Under the pieces are notes generated by a model. The model was not told the origin of the DNA. It searched no databases and saw only the letters and a program-made list of their open reading frames with translations. From Balanoglossus misakiensis (lineage: Eukaryota > Animalia > Hemichordata), in assembly GCA_040954595.2 (NCBI GenBank), contig CM082595.2, positions 3,643,943-3,707,942 of the forward strand: a stretch of 64,000 bases of DNA, read 5' to 3'. Each line of letters opens with the position of its first letter. Within the stretch, counting starts at the first letter, position 1. This document shows, piece by piece, positions 37,432 to 50,812 of this stretch. The position numbers and the translations under genes were made by a program.

Positions 37432-38774
37432 CCGTTTTATTATTTCAATACAGGAGCCAACATCAGGACTTGACTCATTCGCAGCCTACAATCTGATGAC
37501 CACACTGAAAAACTTTGCCAAGTCGATGCAGAAAACCATCATCTTGTCAGTTCATCAACCTTCCAGTCAGATCTTCTACATGTTCGACCATCTACTCTTG
37601 CTTCATGAAGGCGAGGTGAGAAACGTTGAATGTTGTTTCAAAGCAGCAGTTTTCCTGCATACAGAGAGTGCAGTCGTTTTCGCCAGTGTTGGCTACACAC
37701 ACAAGACAATTTCCAGCCCAGACCCTTAAAGTGCAAGTAACTCCAACTTTGAGCTATTTTACAGTACATGTACATTTTTATGGGATACTTTGCATTGATA
37801 TATAACAAGATATAGGCTAACTGGGATATTTTTTGTGCAGGTTGCGTATTTTGGTACAGCTCCCAAAGTCGTTGATTATTTCTCGAGTATTGGGTTCCCG
37901 TGCGACAAACACTACAACCCTGCCGATTTTATATGTAAGTATTATTTCTCTGCAATTTCCATTTTTATCTGGTGGAGTTGGTACTTTGAATTCAGTTCAT
38001 CGTCTGTCCGGAATCATTATCCCACCAAGCCTACAGACGAAATTTCTCCATGTATAGTATAATATATATATCGTCTCGGAAAAGCGTTGCCACCTTCATC
38101 AGAAGTCGACCAAAATTGTCGTTCATTCACGCCTACTATACGTCAACCTTTGTTAACATCAATCAATATTCTCTCGATTTTTTTGGTAATAAATCCTTGT
38201 AACTTTATAATCTGTGTCGTTTACTCATAGTGGAAAAACTTAGAAGTACAGATAGCGAAGTGGAGACAATCATGAATTCTAGCAGAAACACATCATGGCA
38301 ACACTCTGAGAGTGTTTCCTCGGCAACAGAACGCACAAATGGTTACTCCGTATATTACTCAACTTCTGAAAATGGCGGACAACTGAGACTCCAAGGAGAC
38401 AACACCGGAAGTTCAAAGGAATCAAAATGGCCGACCACTTTCACGGACCAATATAAAGTTCTTGTGGGTAGATGTTTCAAGGAGGCTAAGCCGAAGTTAC
38501 TGTCACCAGTCATGATCTGTACCATGCTGGCTGTGGCCTGTGTCATGGGCGTTATTTGGTTTCAAGTTGAACACACTGAAGACATGATAGATGAAAGATC
38601 CACCGTGGTAGGTTGACCAACAAAACCCTGTTTGATGTGTACTGGGGTATAAATTTAGTCATGCAAGAGCACAAGGAAGCCAAGGTTTACAAGTCAATAA
38701 CACATATAAAATTACAAACGTAGATGTCATAAACAACTGTGATAACTAACACAATACATGTACAAAGTACCTAA

Positions 38775-38839
<65 letters not shown>

Positions 38840-40529
38840 CCCCCTCTCTCTCTCAGCTGTTCATGACCCTTATGAACTGGTGTGGTTTGCCGATATATAT
38901 AGCTATGAGTACATGTGAGTATCATGTATATATTATTGTTTGCGAATATATATTTTCCTAAGTGTGCCTGGTAACCCCAAGACTTGGACAGGACGATTGT
39001 ATCAATATATTTCACTCGCCAAAAGTTGGATGTTGTTAACATGTGGACATATGAATGGCAAGACTCCTACAGTCACTGTACATTATATTTATTTTCTGTG
39101 TTTTGTCTTGTTTTGTTTTTCAGTTCCACTTCAGTTGGTCGTGATAAACAAGGAACGACTGTCTGGCCTATATCGTCTGTCCTCGTACTATCTTGCCAAG
39201 CAGACCAGCGAGTTCCCGTTGATATTAGTCATACCTGTCGTCGGTCACACGATTGTGTACTGGCTGGCCGGACTCAACCGTCACTGGCCGCCAGCCTTCG
39301 TGTGCTCTATGTTAATCATGGCGTTTGGGGCGTTGTTTGGCCAGGTACGTGTATATGTCTACATTCCGATTAATATATCGACGATTTCCAATCGATACGT
39401 GATCTCGCGAGATTTTATTACCATAGCCAAGTAATACAAGTCAAGCTTTATTGTATGAAGAAGCTAGGATAGGTGAAGAGTTTAACGAAAAAAATGTTAA
39501 ATTTTGTGTCATTTGCCTGTGTGTATTTTGTTCTGTATCACGTGAAAATAACCCCATATACTATAATCTACTTAACCATACGAGATCTCGCAGGGTTTTT
39601 GGAATGTGGCCTATGGACGATGTTTAACTCATCCTTCTTTACTAATGGTTATTCCTTCTTTCTCTCTTCCAGTCGCTTGGAATGATAATTGGGTTATTGT
39701 TCGACGATTTAGGCAACGCGTTGGTGCTTGGCGCCTTGATACTCGTCGCCAGTCTCATAACAGGAGGACTGTTTATCCGGGACTTTCCTGCCTATCTCCA
39801 TTGGGCGAAATACCTCTCGTTCTTCTATTACCTGTTCCATGCTTTGCTGATTGTGGAGTTCACAAACAACGAACCGACGATGTAAGTGATGATCAATTGT
39901 CTTGTTCTTTACGGATCGACGGATAAAAAATGTCCGGTGCAAACACATCTGGCTGTTGCTTTAGTACAAAAAAAACCCACAGTGGATGGATAGGTGCACT
40001 GTGCTCAATATAAAAGAGAGGTGTCGTGACCATTTTTCTTAAATATTCAACACTGGATATGCTATATCGAATATTTCACACGTGTTTTCGCGAGATAAAA
40101 CCAGCAATAAATTGCCATGATTGAAAAGAGTCCACATTTAACGCCCTCAACGTTGTAAAAAGTTGAGCCTTTTGTCTTCGCAAACTTTGAATGAAATCGT
40201 CAGTGTGCGACTCGTATGCTCAACTAACTGCGGAGAGTGGGAACTTTAAATGCTTATAATCCCTTGTCAACCCTTCAATTATATCAATTGAGTATACCGA
40301 ACTGCATTTGTTAATTTAAATCTTCAGATGCAACATGGAGTTGTCGAATTATGCCGAGTGTGCGGCTTACAACGGAACCAACGTTGTGGAGATTCAACCC
40401 GAGTCCATCTTGGATTTCTTCGATGTTGAACTTCCTGTCTGGTTGGATCTACTCGTTCTTGCTGTGGCGTCCATTGCGCTGAGGATCGTCGGATACTTCC
40501 TACTGAAGTACTACAGGAAGCCCAAATAA
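35819..40529 (+). CDS. ABCG-family half-transporter, copy A
   Basis: Exons 35819-35969, 36616-36788, 36915-37020, 37242-37342, 37454-37615, 37841-37934, 38231-38607, 38857-38914, 39124-39344, 39673-39881, 40328-40529. Walker A GPSGSGKTT, signature LSGGEKKR, Walker B LLLDEPTSGLD, H-loop SVHQP, NPADF motif, C-terminal TM domain with [16 protein letters not shown]. Confidence 0.95.
37400..37431. repeat. (ATG)n microsatellite in an ABCG-A intron
   Basis: About ten perfect atg units. Confidence 0.9.
38777..38854. repeat. (CT)n microsatellite forming the polypyrimidine tract of ABCG-A exon 8
   Basis: ct run ending immediately before the AG acceptor at 38855-38856. Confidence 0.92.
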
Positions 40530-41255
40530 TTCAATGACATTGTAAAGGAGTGGCAACTTTTAAAGGGGCAGTATACTGTAGCCGAAATATTTGTAATTTC
40601 GGGGTTCTGTACGTTCTGTTTCTGGGTGATCGTTTCCCCTGTTGTCTGCACCATGCTAAAGTTACCCAGAATCGATTTCTCTTGTCACCATAGCATGTAT
40701 ATGTGTGACAACCAACGCTGCATGATAACTTGTGTTTTCCCTCACGTGCTCATACTGAAAGCAATTTTCTATCGCTTTACTTCAAAGTCTTCTACAGGGT
40801 CCAGATAAAATGTTCAAAAGTTGTGTGCTAAAATGGAAATAAAGAGTTTGATCCGGTTGTTGCTTTTTTCGTTATTTTGTAGTGTTTCTATCACTCTCCC
40901 ATGCTGGTACAATCTGGTGATACACCCAGCAACCGCAGAACGGTTCTGAAATGTTTCTAAACAATTTCAAAGCTATTACATATCGAAAAGAACCAGAGCA
41001 GAATGGATGAATTTGATTGGCTGATACGTTTGGAGGGGTCATCGAAGAACACGTCACCTCGTTCACATATCACATTTTTATTTCTTTTCTAATATTATGA
41101 AATGTGTCGATAATTTTGAAAGGAAATCATCATACCATTAAATATACATTAGTCTGTCTTTTAATAGTTGATGAAGGAAATAGGATATCACACAGAATTG
41201 TTTTACGTGTACTGGTAGGTTCGGTTTGGACGAGGTTGCCTGGTTTTATAATGAG

Positions 41256-41347
41256 TGACGTCACTCCCCGGTCAATCAGCCATTTGACCTTTTACCACGG
41301 AAGAAGACAGACGTCTCTGTACTACTGTGTGTCCTGTCACCCGGAAG
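41256..41347 (+). promoter_or_regulatory. promoter motifs of the C1orf50-like gene (CRE TGACGTCA, ETS CCGGAAG)
   Basis: tgacgtca at ~41256 and ccggaag at 41341, just before the ATG at 41370. Confidence 0.45.
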
Positions 41348-41369
41348 AGTTCACAGACGTTCGTTCATC

Positions 41370-43268
<1,899 letters not shown>

Positions 43269-44179
43269 ACGTATTTATTTTTGAACTTATTAAGCTTTTT
43301 CTTTTTCTTCAGTTTTTTTTTGTTTAGGGTGGTACTCAGGTAAATGTTACCAGGGATCCCTAGTCAGTTTACCGGGGTTCCTCATGGTAATCATTGCAGT
43401 CAAATTAAAGTCTAGCAAAAGTGTTACCAAGGTTCCCCAACCTTAGCAAAAACACTGCTCTTGTAATAGTGAACCTCCACATAATCACTCGCATGGTTAT
43501 GTCATGGAGCGATGCCAATGGCGGATTTCTCCAATGGAGGAGGATATGTAATAATCCTTATATAACTGAAATAATCAGTTTATTTACATTTGAATACTGA
43601 TGTGTATTGTGTGCAAGACACGTGTATTTACACGGAAAGACACGGTGAGTGTCAAATACTGATTATTCGACCAAAATGGATTATGGAAAAACAAAGCCTT
43701 AAAGATTTGCCAGCTTATGAAACTTTTAGAGTTATGAAAGCTCGGGTCTATTCACATGACAGAAGTATGCCTTTCGCACTAATTTGCAGCGAAATTTCTT
43801 CAAAGCAGTTTACTCCTGGCAAATTTTCTCTGATTTTAAGTCTTATATATGGGGATATTTTTCAAGCTCAAAATTTTTTAAAAAGATAAAAAGATGTGTA
43901 CTTTTTTAACTCTGTTGGTCAATATTCATTTGATTTTCTCAACTATCGAACGTAAGCTGACCTGAAAAATTCATTCGATTTTCTCAAATTTATTGTGCAT
44001 AATAAGAAATATGTGTGATTGCAATATTTCATTTTAACATAACTAAATTATTTAATGTTGCTTGTAAGTTTCATGATAGCATAAATCTCAGATTTCTTGG
44101 TGAATAAATATTTTACACGAAAGACCTATACATGTGTTTGTGTACTATCCTATTAATTTTTCTTGTGTGTTTGTGTTTG

Positions 44180-44555
44180 ACACAGTATTCAGTATTCCTA
44201 TCAGCAGTCTGTGAATGGTCTGTCAAAACAAAATTTGTTTAACAATAGAAGACCAAAGATTATGAATAATGTCCAAGTCAGAGAATGCAGAGAGGGGTGT
44301 GGTAACAGGCCAAATTTTCATGGATAAGAAATGCAAGTCCCTGATTGGCTGTTTCCTGCATGAACACAGCTGGTCTGCTGGCTCTCAATTTGCATACATC
44401 TATGCAAATCACTATCTTCAGTATTCCTATTAGCAGTCTGTGAATGGTCAGTCTGTCAAAACAAAATTTGTTTAACAATAGAAGACCAACAGATTATGCA
44501 TAATGTCCAAGTCAGAGCATGCAGAGAGGTGGTGTGATAGCAGGCCAAATTTTCA
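44180..44555. repeat. local direct duplication, two ~135 bp copies
   Basis: cagtattcctat-agcagtctgtgaatggtc...caggccaaattt occurs at ~44189 and ~44419. Confidence 0.8.
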
Positions 44556-46437
44556 TGTCCATGTTTTCCCAGTACAAAAACTCAATTTTACCTTCCAAAT
44601 TTCCACACCAGGATTTGCTGTTCGCTGGAAATTACTACACTGTTTTGAGGTAAGTCATGGCTTTATTTTTTCCTTTGTGAACAGTCATTTTAGTCTGTAA
44701 GTCCAGTAGAATTGTCTAGAATCATCCAAGTACATCACATGCATTGGGGGGGGGGGGGGGGGGGGGGGCATTTTCATTCAAGCACATGGTTTTTGAACCC
44801 TTTGTCTAACTTTGAGTCCTCAATTTCAAAACTGGCTTGTTTTATGTTTCTCTAAATTCACAAAAGCAACTTGTGAGAATTTCATTTCTGTCATTTCATT
44901 GTTGTAATTGTATTTGTATGTCTGAAACTTGCTTTTCTTGTAATTTATTCAGAACAACGTTGTGGATGCAACACTTCACCAAGCCCCAAAATGGTGGTCT
45001 TCAATGGAGCACTGTGCAGTGAAGGTACGTCACACATTTCATTTATTCAATAAGATTTAGTCAGTCAGATGTATTGATGGCAGACAATCGTGTTCATGTA
45101 AATGTTGTTGACTCGCTAGATAATATTTTATTGCAATGTATTTTCATTGGGGCAGTTGTCCATCAAATTAGTCAGTGCGCAACAGCAAAAAAGTTGCGCA
45201 GGACAAGCCCTTTCAAGCAAATGGCAGTAATTTTGATGATCCTGACTTGTCAGTTGCAAGTGTGCAGAAGACTTCGCGAGATCTATTATTGTCTTGCCAT
45301 AAGAGTAGCTAGTGCAGGTCAATCCTACAGATTTAGAAAGATTGTTCATCCAAGCAGTTTGGATGTTTGTCAGTGGATATGGACATCAACCAAACATATT
45401 TCAAAAAGTCAAAAAGTCAAACGGCATAGAAATATTCATATCAAAATAGGTCAATAGAGAGCAATTTTGTCACTTTAATAATGAACAATAATAAAGAGAA
45501 ACTTTGTTGGATGTGTGTACTTTATTGGATGTGTCTGGGCATTGCCAAGTTTAGTAGTGTTAGCAAAATACAGGTTCCCCCCCCCCCTCCCCTGTCAAAT
45601 AGTCCTAACAGTCTTTTATTTGAGTGAATTTCTGATCTGTGGTAGCTGTTGCGAGGTTGTCTGGATAGCCATATGAAGTAACAGTCTTGGTGCATGGTCA
45701 TCTATTTGATCATCCCCAGAGGTCAGGTGTTCTGATCTCTGTGGCTGTTGCGAGGTGTTGTCTGGATAGCCAAATGAAGTAACAGTGGTCATCTTATTGG
45801 ATGATCCCCAGAGATTCATGTAGTATAATCTGCTAAAATGATAGTTTAATCCAAGTCCTAAAAGAGCTTAATAATTAATTGTTAATAGTAGTCAGATTGC
45901 ATTTTGGATAAAATGTTAGCTGACTGTAGTAAGTTTCATAAACTATTTCTGGCTATATGTTTAGTCTTTAAGGGTAGCATGTAGAACTCATTTTAACTTT
46001 TTGCATCTTTGATAAACTAGCTTCTTCAATCCCTGAATGATATCATAGGTCACATGCATAATTACTATAAACCTCCAAAATGTGTAATTGTAGGGAATCC
46101 ACAGAAGGAAAAATATAAACATCACAGATAGTGTCCTTAAAGAGTGTCAGGATCACCACAAAGAGAGGGCAGACAACTTCTCTTGAATTTTGCAAGTTAT
46201 CTTTATTCATATAAAATGAGCTGACAAAGTTTGAAATCAAAACTCGTACAGTTTGTTCACATGAAGAATAAAAATTGCAATAACTCATTACAGAAAGTGA
46301 AAACTGACTGAATTTGAAACAGAATTATATTTACAATTCCAGTTGATTTAGGAGTCACACAGAACAGTCAAGTCTGAAAAATGTGCTCATTGTTGATTTA
46401 TCACATGTCTAATTGGTAATAATGAAATTGCCTTTAG

Positions 46438-46545
46438 CATGTTTCTCAGTAAATTTTGGCGGCCATTTTGAAATTCAAATTTGAGAATGTTTCTCAGTAA
46501 ATTTTGGCGGCCATTTTGAAATTCAAATTTGAGAGTGTTTCTAGT
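46438..46545. repeat. 47-bp tandem repeat containing ggcggccattttgaaattcaaa
   Basis: Two and a bit copies of atgtttctcagtaaattttggcggccattttgaaattcaaatttgaga. Confidence 0.85.
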
Positions 46546-47029
46546 TAAAAAATTTGCAGTATTCCGCACTTTATTCAAATCTGAAATTGCCTTTAGCATG
46601 TTCCTCCATAAGGGATGTTAATTTCCAGTCAATTCAGAAGACTTTGATCCAGTTCCTAAAATAGCATAATGCAATTTCATTGCATTTTAGATAAAAGTCA
46701 CAGCTAGTGTTCGTAATGAATGTCAGGGTCACCACAAAGACAGAACAGACAATTTCTCTCGAATAATGCAATTCTTTTATTTACTTTATAAAATAAGCGG
46801 ACAAGTTTGAAATGCTCTGACAATAATAGAAATAGGCAGTCTAGAATGTGTGCATGTATAACTGTCAATAGTTTTAAAATTTAGGAATATTGTACGATTG
46901 ATAGATTCCAAAACTGCATTAAATCTTAATTGATGTGTACAACCGAGTCCATGGCAACCTCCCTGCACCTAAGGATGAAAATAAAATTAGATTAGGAGAA
47001 TAACTTAGCAATGTAATTGTGTGTGTGTG

Positions 47030-47205
47030 TCTTACTTCGGTTGAGCTAAGTTAAATTTTTTTTTACAAGTGCATTACGGGCATCCTAATCTATGCATGAT
47101 CTTTTCTAATGCAAAAATGTTTTGCATCTGAAAAGATCTTGCATAGATTATGATGCCCATAATGCACTTGTAAAAAAAAATTTAACCTAGCTCAACCGAA
47201 GTAAG
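47030..47205. repeat. long near-perfect inverted repeat
   Basis: tcttacttcggttgagcta...tagctcaaccgaagtaaga with complementary arms of ~75 nt. Confidence 0.88.
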
Positions 47206-47349
47206 AGTTGTGCTAGAGATTTATTAGTCTTTGCTGTACACTCATGGGGAGGTTAGGGTGGGGGCTAGGGATGGCATATAAAAAGCCAAAAAAAAAAAAA
47301 CTAAGTCAGAAACGCTAAAAATTTGAAATTTGTCTATACCTCCACGTTG

Positions 47350-47423
47350 GGGCATATACAAGTTTCAAAAATTTTCTAAGTTTTCTTTGACTTAGAAAAT
47401 TTTTGAAACTTGTATATGCCCCC
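47350..47423. repeat. inverted repeat with ~33-nt arms
   Basis: gggcatatacaagtttcaaaaattttctaagt / acttagaaaatttttgaaacttgtatatgccc. Confidence 0.85.
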
Positions 47424-47640
47424 TACATAACTTGCATTTTCTAACACTTGCCTTGTGTCTTTTCAGATCCCGGCTGGACTCCACTTCTTTCGATTGGTCA
47501 TCAACCATTCAACAGATAGACCTGAAAGGACAAGTGAATACGAGTTAAATTTCAATATGAAATATGAAATATGAAATATGAAAATGAAATAAAATACAAT
47601 AAATTTCAATCCTTGGTGTCTGCTTTTTTGTAAAAAAAAA

Positions 47641-48564
47641 AAAACACTTAGAAATTTTTCAGGCTTTACTCTATACTTATTAAAAACACTTAGAAATTTT
47701 TCAGGCTTCACTCTACTTATTAAAAACACTTAGAAATTTTTCAGGCTTCACTCTATACTTATTAAAAACACTTAGAAATTTTTCAGGCTTCACTCTATAC
47801 TTATTAAAAACACTTAGAAATTTTTCAGGCTTCACTCTACTTATTAAAAACACTTAGAAATTTTTCAGGCTTCACTCTATACTTATTAAAAACACTTAGA
47901 AATTTTTCAGGCTTCACTCTATACTTATTAAAAACACTTAGAAATTTTTCAGGCTTTACTCTATGCTTTCACATTAAGAAAAACACTTAGAAATTTTTCA
48001 GGCTTTACTCTATACTTTGATATTAAAAACACTTAGAAATTTTTCAGGCTTTACTCTATGCTTTCACATTAAGAAAAACACTTAGAAATTTTTCAGGCTT
48101 TACTCTATACTTTCACATTAAGAAACACACTTAGAAATTTTTCAGGCTTTACTCTATGCTTTCATATTAAGAAAAACACTTAGAAATTTTTCAGGCTTTA
48201 CTCTATGCTTTCACATTAAGAAAAACACTTAGAAATTTTTCAGGCTTTACTCTATACTTTCGAATTAGAAAAACTTAGAAATTGTTCAGGCTTTACTCTA
48301 TACTTTGATATTAAAAACACTTAGAAATTTTTCAGGCTGTACTCTATACTTTCGTATTAGAAACACTTAGAAATTTTTCAAGCTTTACTCTATACTTTGA
48401 CTTTAGGAAAAACACTTAGAAATTTTTCAGGCTGTACTCTATACTTTGATATTAAAAACACTTAGAAATTTTTCAGGCTTTACTCTATGCTTTCACATTA
48501 AGAAAAACACTTAGAAAATTTTTCAGGCTTTACTCTTTACTTTGACATTAGGAAAAAACTTAGA
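47641..48564. repeat. AT-rich minisatellite, ~38-44 bp unit, about 20+ copies
   Basis: Repeating aaaacacttagaaatttttcaggctt(t/c)actctat core with short variable tails. Confidence 0.95.
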
Positions 48565-48736
48565 GTGTCCAATTGAGATTGATTTGGTCTTACCTTAAGC
48601 TGTACTCTTGGATTTTTCAAACCATCATCTGAGAATTGAATTGATTTCACCTTGACTTTAATGCAACTCACTGCAATGCAAAGAACAAAATCAGGGTAAG
48701 TTTAACAACAATATTAATTACACAAAAAGAATGATA

Positions 48737-49031
48737 ACTGTCAAGAATTCGACAATTTTCATGAGCTATAACCCATGAAAAATGTCCCAAAATGACAAAA
48801 TCACCAAAGTTGGCAAAGTCAAGAATTTGCCATTTTTGACAATTTTCATGAGCTATAACCCATGAAAAATGTCCCAAAATGACAAAATCACCAAAGTTGG
48901 CAAAGTCAAGAATTTGCCATTTTTGACAATTTTCATGAGCTATAACCCATGAAAAACGTCCCAAAATGACAAAATCACAATTTTTCATGAGTTATAACCC
49001 ATGAAATATCGCCAAAGTTGGCAAAGTCAAG
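48737..49031. repeat. ~87-bp tandem repeat, about three copies
   Basis: caattttcatgagctataacccatgaaaaatgtcccaaaatgacaaaatcaccaaagttggcaaagtcaag repeated. Confidence 0.9.
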
Positions 49032-50269
49032 CCGATGCCAGTTTTGTTAATGATAGTGAGATAAAGGAAGTGTGTGTGTGTGTCAAATTGAGATTGATTC
49101 GGTCTTACCTTAAGCAGTACTCTTGGATTCTTCAAACCATCATCTGAGCATTGAGAAGATTTCACATTGACTTTAACTCACTGCAATGCAAAGAACAAAA
49201 TCAGGGTAAGTTTAACAACATTAGCAATTAAACAAAACAACACCAATATGTTACAACATCAATCTTTAACTAAACTACAAACAAATAAAAACACCTTTAG
49301 TGGAAGACACTGCTGACTGAAAGTAATGAACCAGTCTCTAAGTTCTTTGGAAAATGACCGAAAACATACAGTAAATCTTTGAGACATGTCATCCATCTAG
49401 ATTTCTTTGCAACTTATCAATTTTACAATCTCTGGATGACTTCACATTTCATTGGTTTTCAGAAAAAAAGCACAGCGCACAGAACATATGTCATAAAAAT
49501 ATTGGCAACAGAAATCTTACCATAGTCCATTCAGCTGACACAGTACTGCTAGGTTCCTCTTCCATGCACTCATAATCAAACATTTTCTGTAATTGCGCTG
49601 TTTTGAGATCCCTATCTCCGGAGCTATTGCTGGATGCATCTTGGCATAATTCCGGTCGACCCATCACTGAAAATCGACAGATAAATTACATTGTGGTCAC
49701 AGAATAAGCTCACGCCAACAGGAGAATTTGCTTAAAAACCAATTCACCCAGCAGCCATTCTACGTTCGTTGTCATGGCTTCACAACTTGACTCCCACCTA
49801 TCCCAGGATGCAGTGCAATTTCAGACCGTCCAAGATTTGTTTTATCGAAAATGTGGAAAATTACAATAAATGCAAAAAAATAAAATAAAATATATTACCT
49901 GAAAACATACAGGACTGTATGAGGACGACATCAGTTACAAACACTCCAATTTTCAAAGCAATTTGCCATGTTTCTGAGTTTTGATCAATTTCACATTTTT
50001 CCAGCTATTAATCTGCAAATTATTGGCTACATATATACATACATACATGTATAGAATTTAACAATTTGTTTAATAGATCTGAATATTATGTACAAATGAA
50101 GGTACAGCACTGCAACTGATGACGAAAATGTTCACAAAAAAGGAATGTATGGTAACAATATACATGGGTCTATCATGTGTATTTTAGTCCTGTATATCAA
50201 AGAAATCCAACAAGTTGAATTCAAAAAAACATACCAGCTGGTGCGTCCCTACATCGATTTTCCTTGTAA

Positions 50270-50667
50270 CTATTGAGGTTTTCGGTAATATCTCAACAGC
50301 AAATATGCTAAAATTCTCAGCATCAGAGACAAACACACAATAACAAGGACATCAAACCAAACAGGGAATTCAACCAAAAAGAAGTCCAGGATAGATTCTG
50401 GCGGGATCTCAACCACGTTGGTTCCATTGTATGCCGAACACTCCGCAAAGTTGGACCGCTCCATGTTGCAACTGAAACAAAATTTCGCAGAGCCTTCATT
50501 TCTCCAAATAAAAATATTTCATTTGTATGTAATTTATTGCACTTATTTTTAGCTCATATGTTCTTTTCTCAATTGTCCTGGTTTAAAATTGTGAAAAATT
50601 TGGGTGTCAAAACTGATAGCTTTTTGAATTTGCAAGAAGTAGAGTAAAGGGTAAACCTGCATTGAAA

Positions 50668-50710
<43 letters not shown>

Positions 50711-50781
50711 ATAGAATTTTATGTCACTGATAGCTTTTTGAATTTGCAAGAAGTAGAGTAAAGTGTAAACCTGCATTAAAA

Positions 50782-50812
<31 letters not shown>

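Noticed and set aside
47641-48564. CRISPR-like appearance of a constant repeat with variable tails
   Set aside because: The variable parts are only ~5-12 nt and related to each other, there are no cas genes and the context is eukaryotic; it is a minisatellite.
48668-48988. 106-aa repetitive ORF (VIAHENCQKWQILDF)
   Set aside because: Translation of the ~87-bp tandem repeat.
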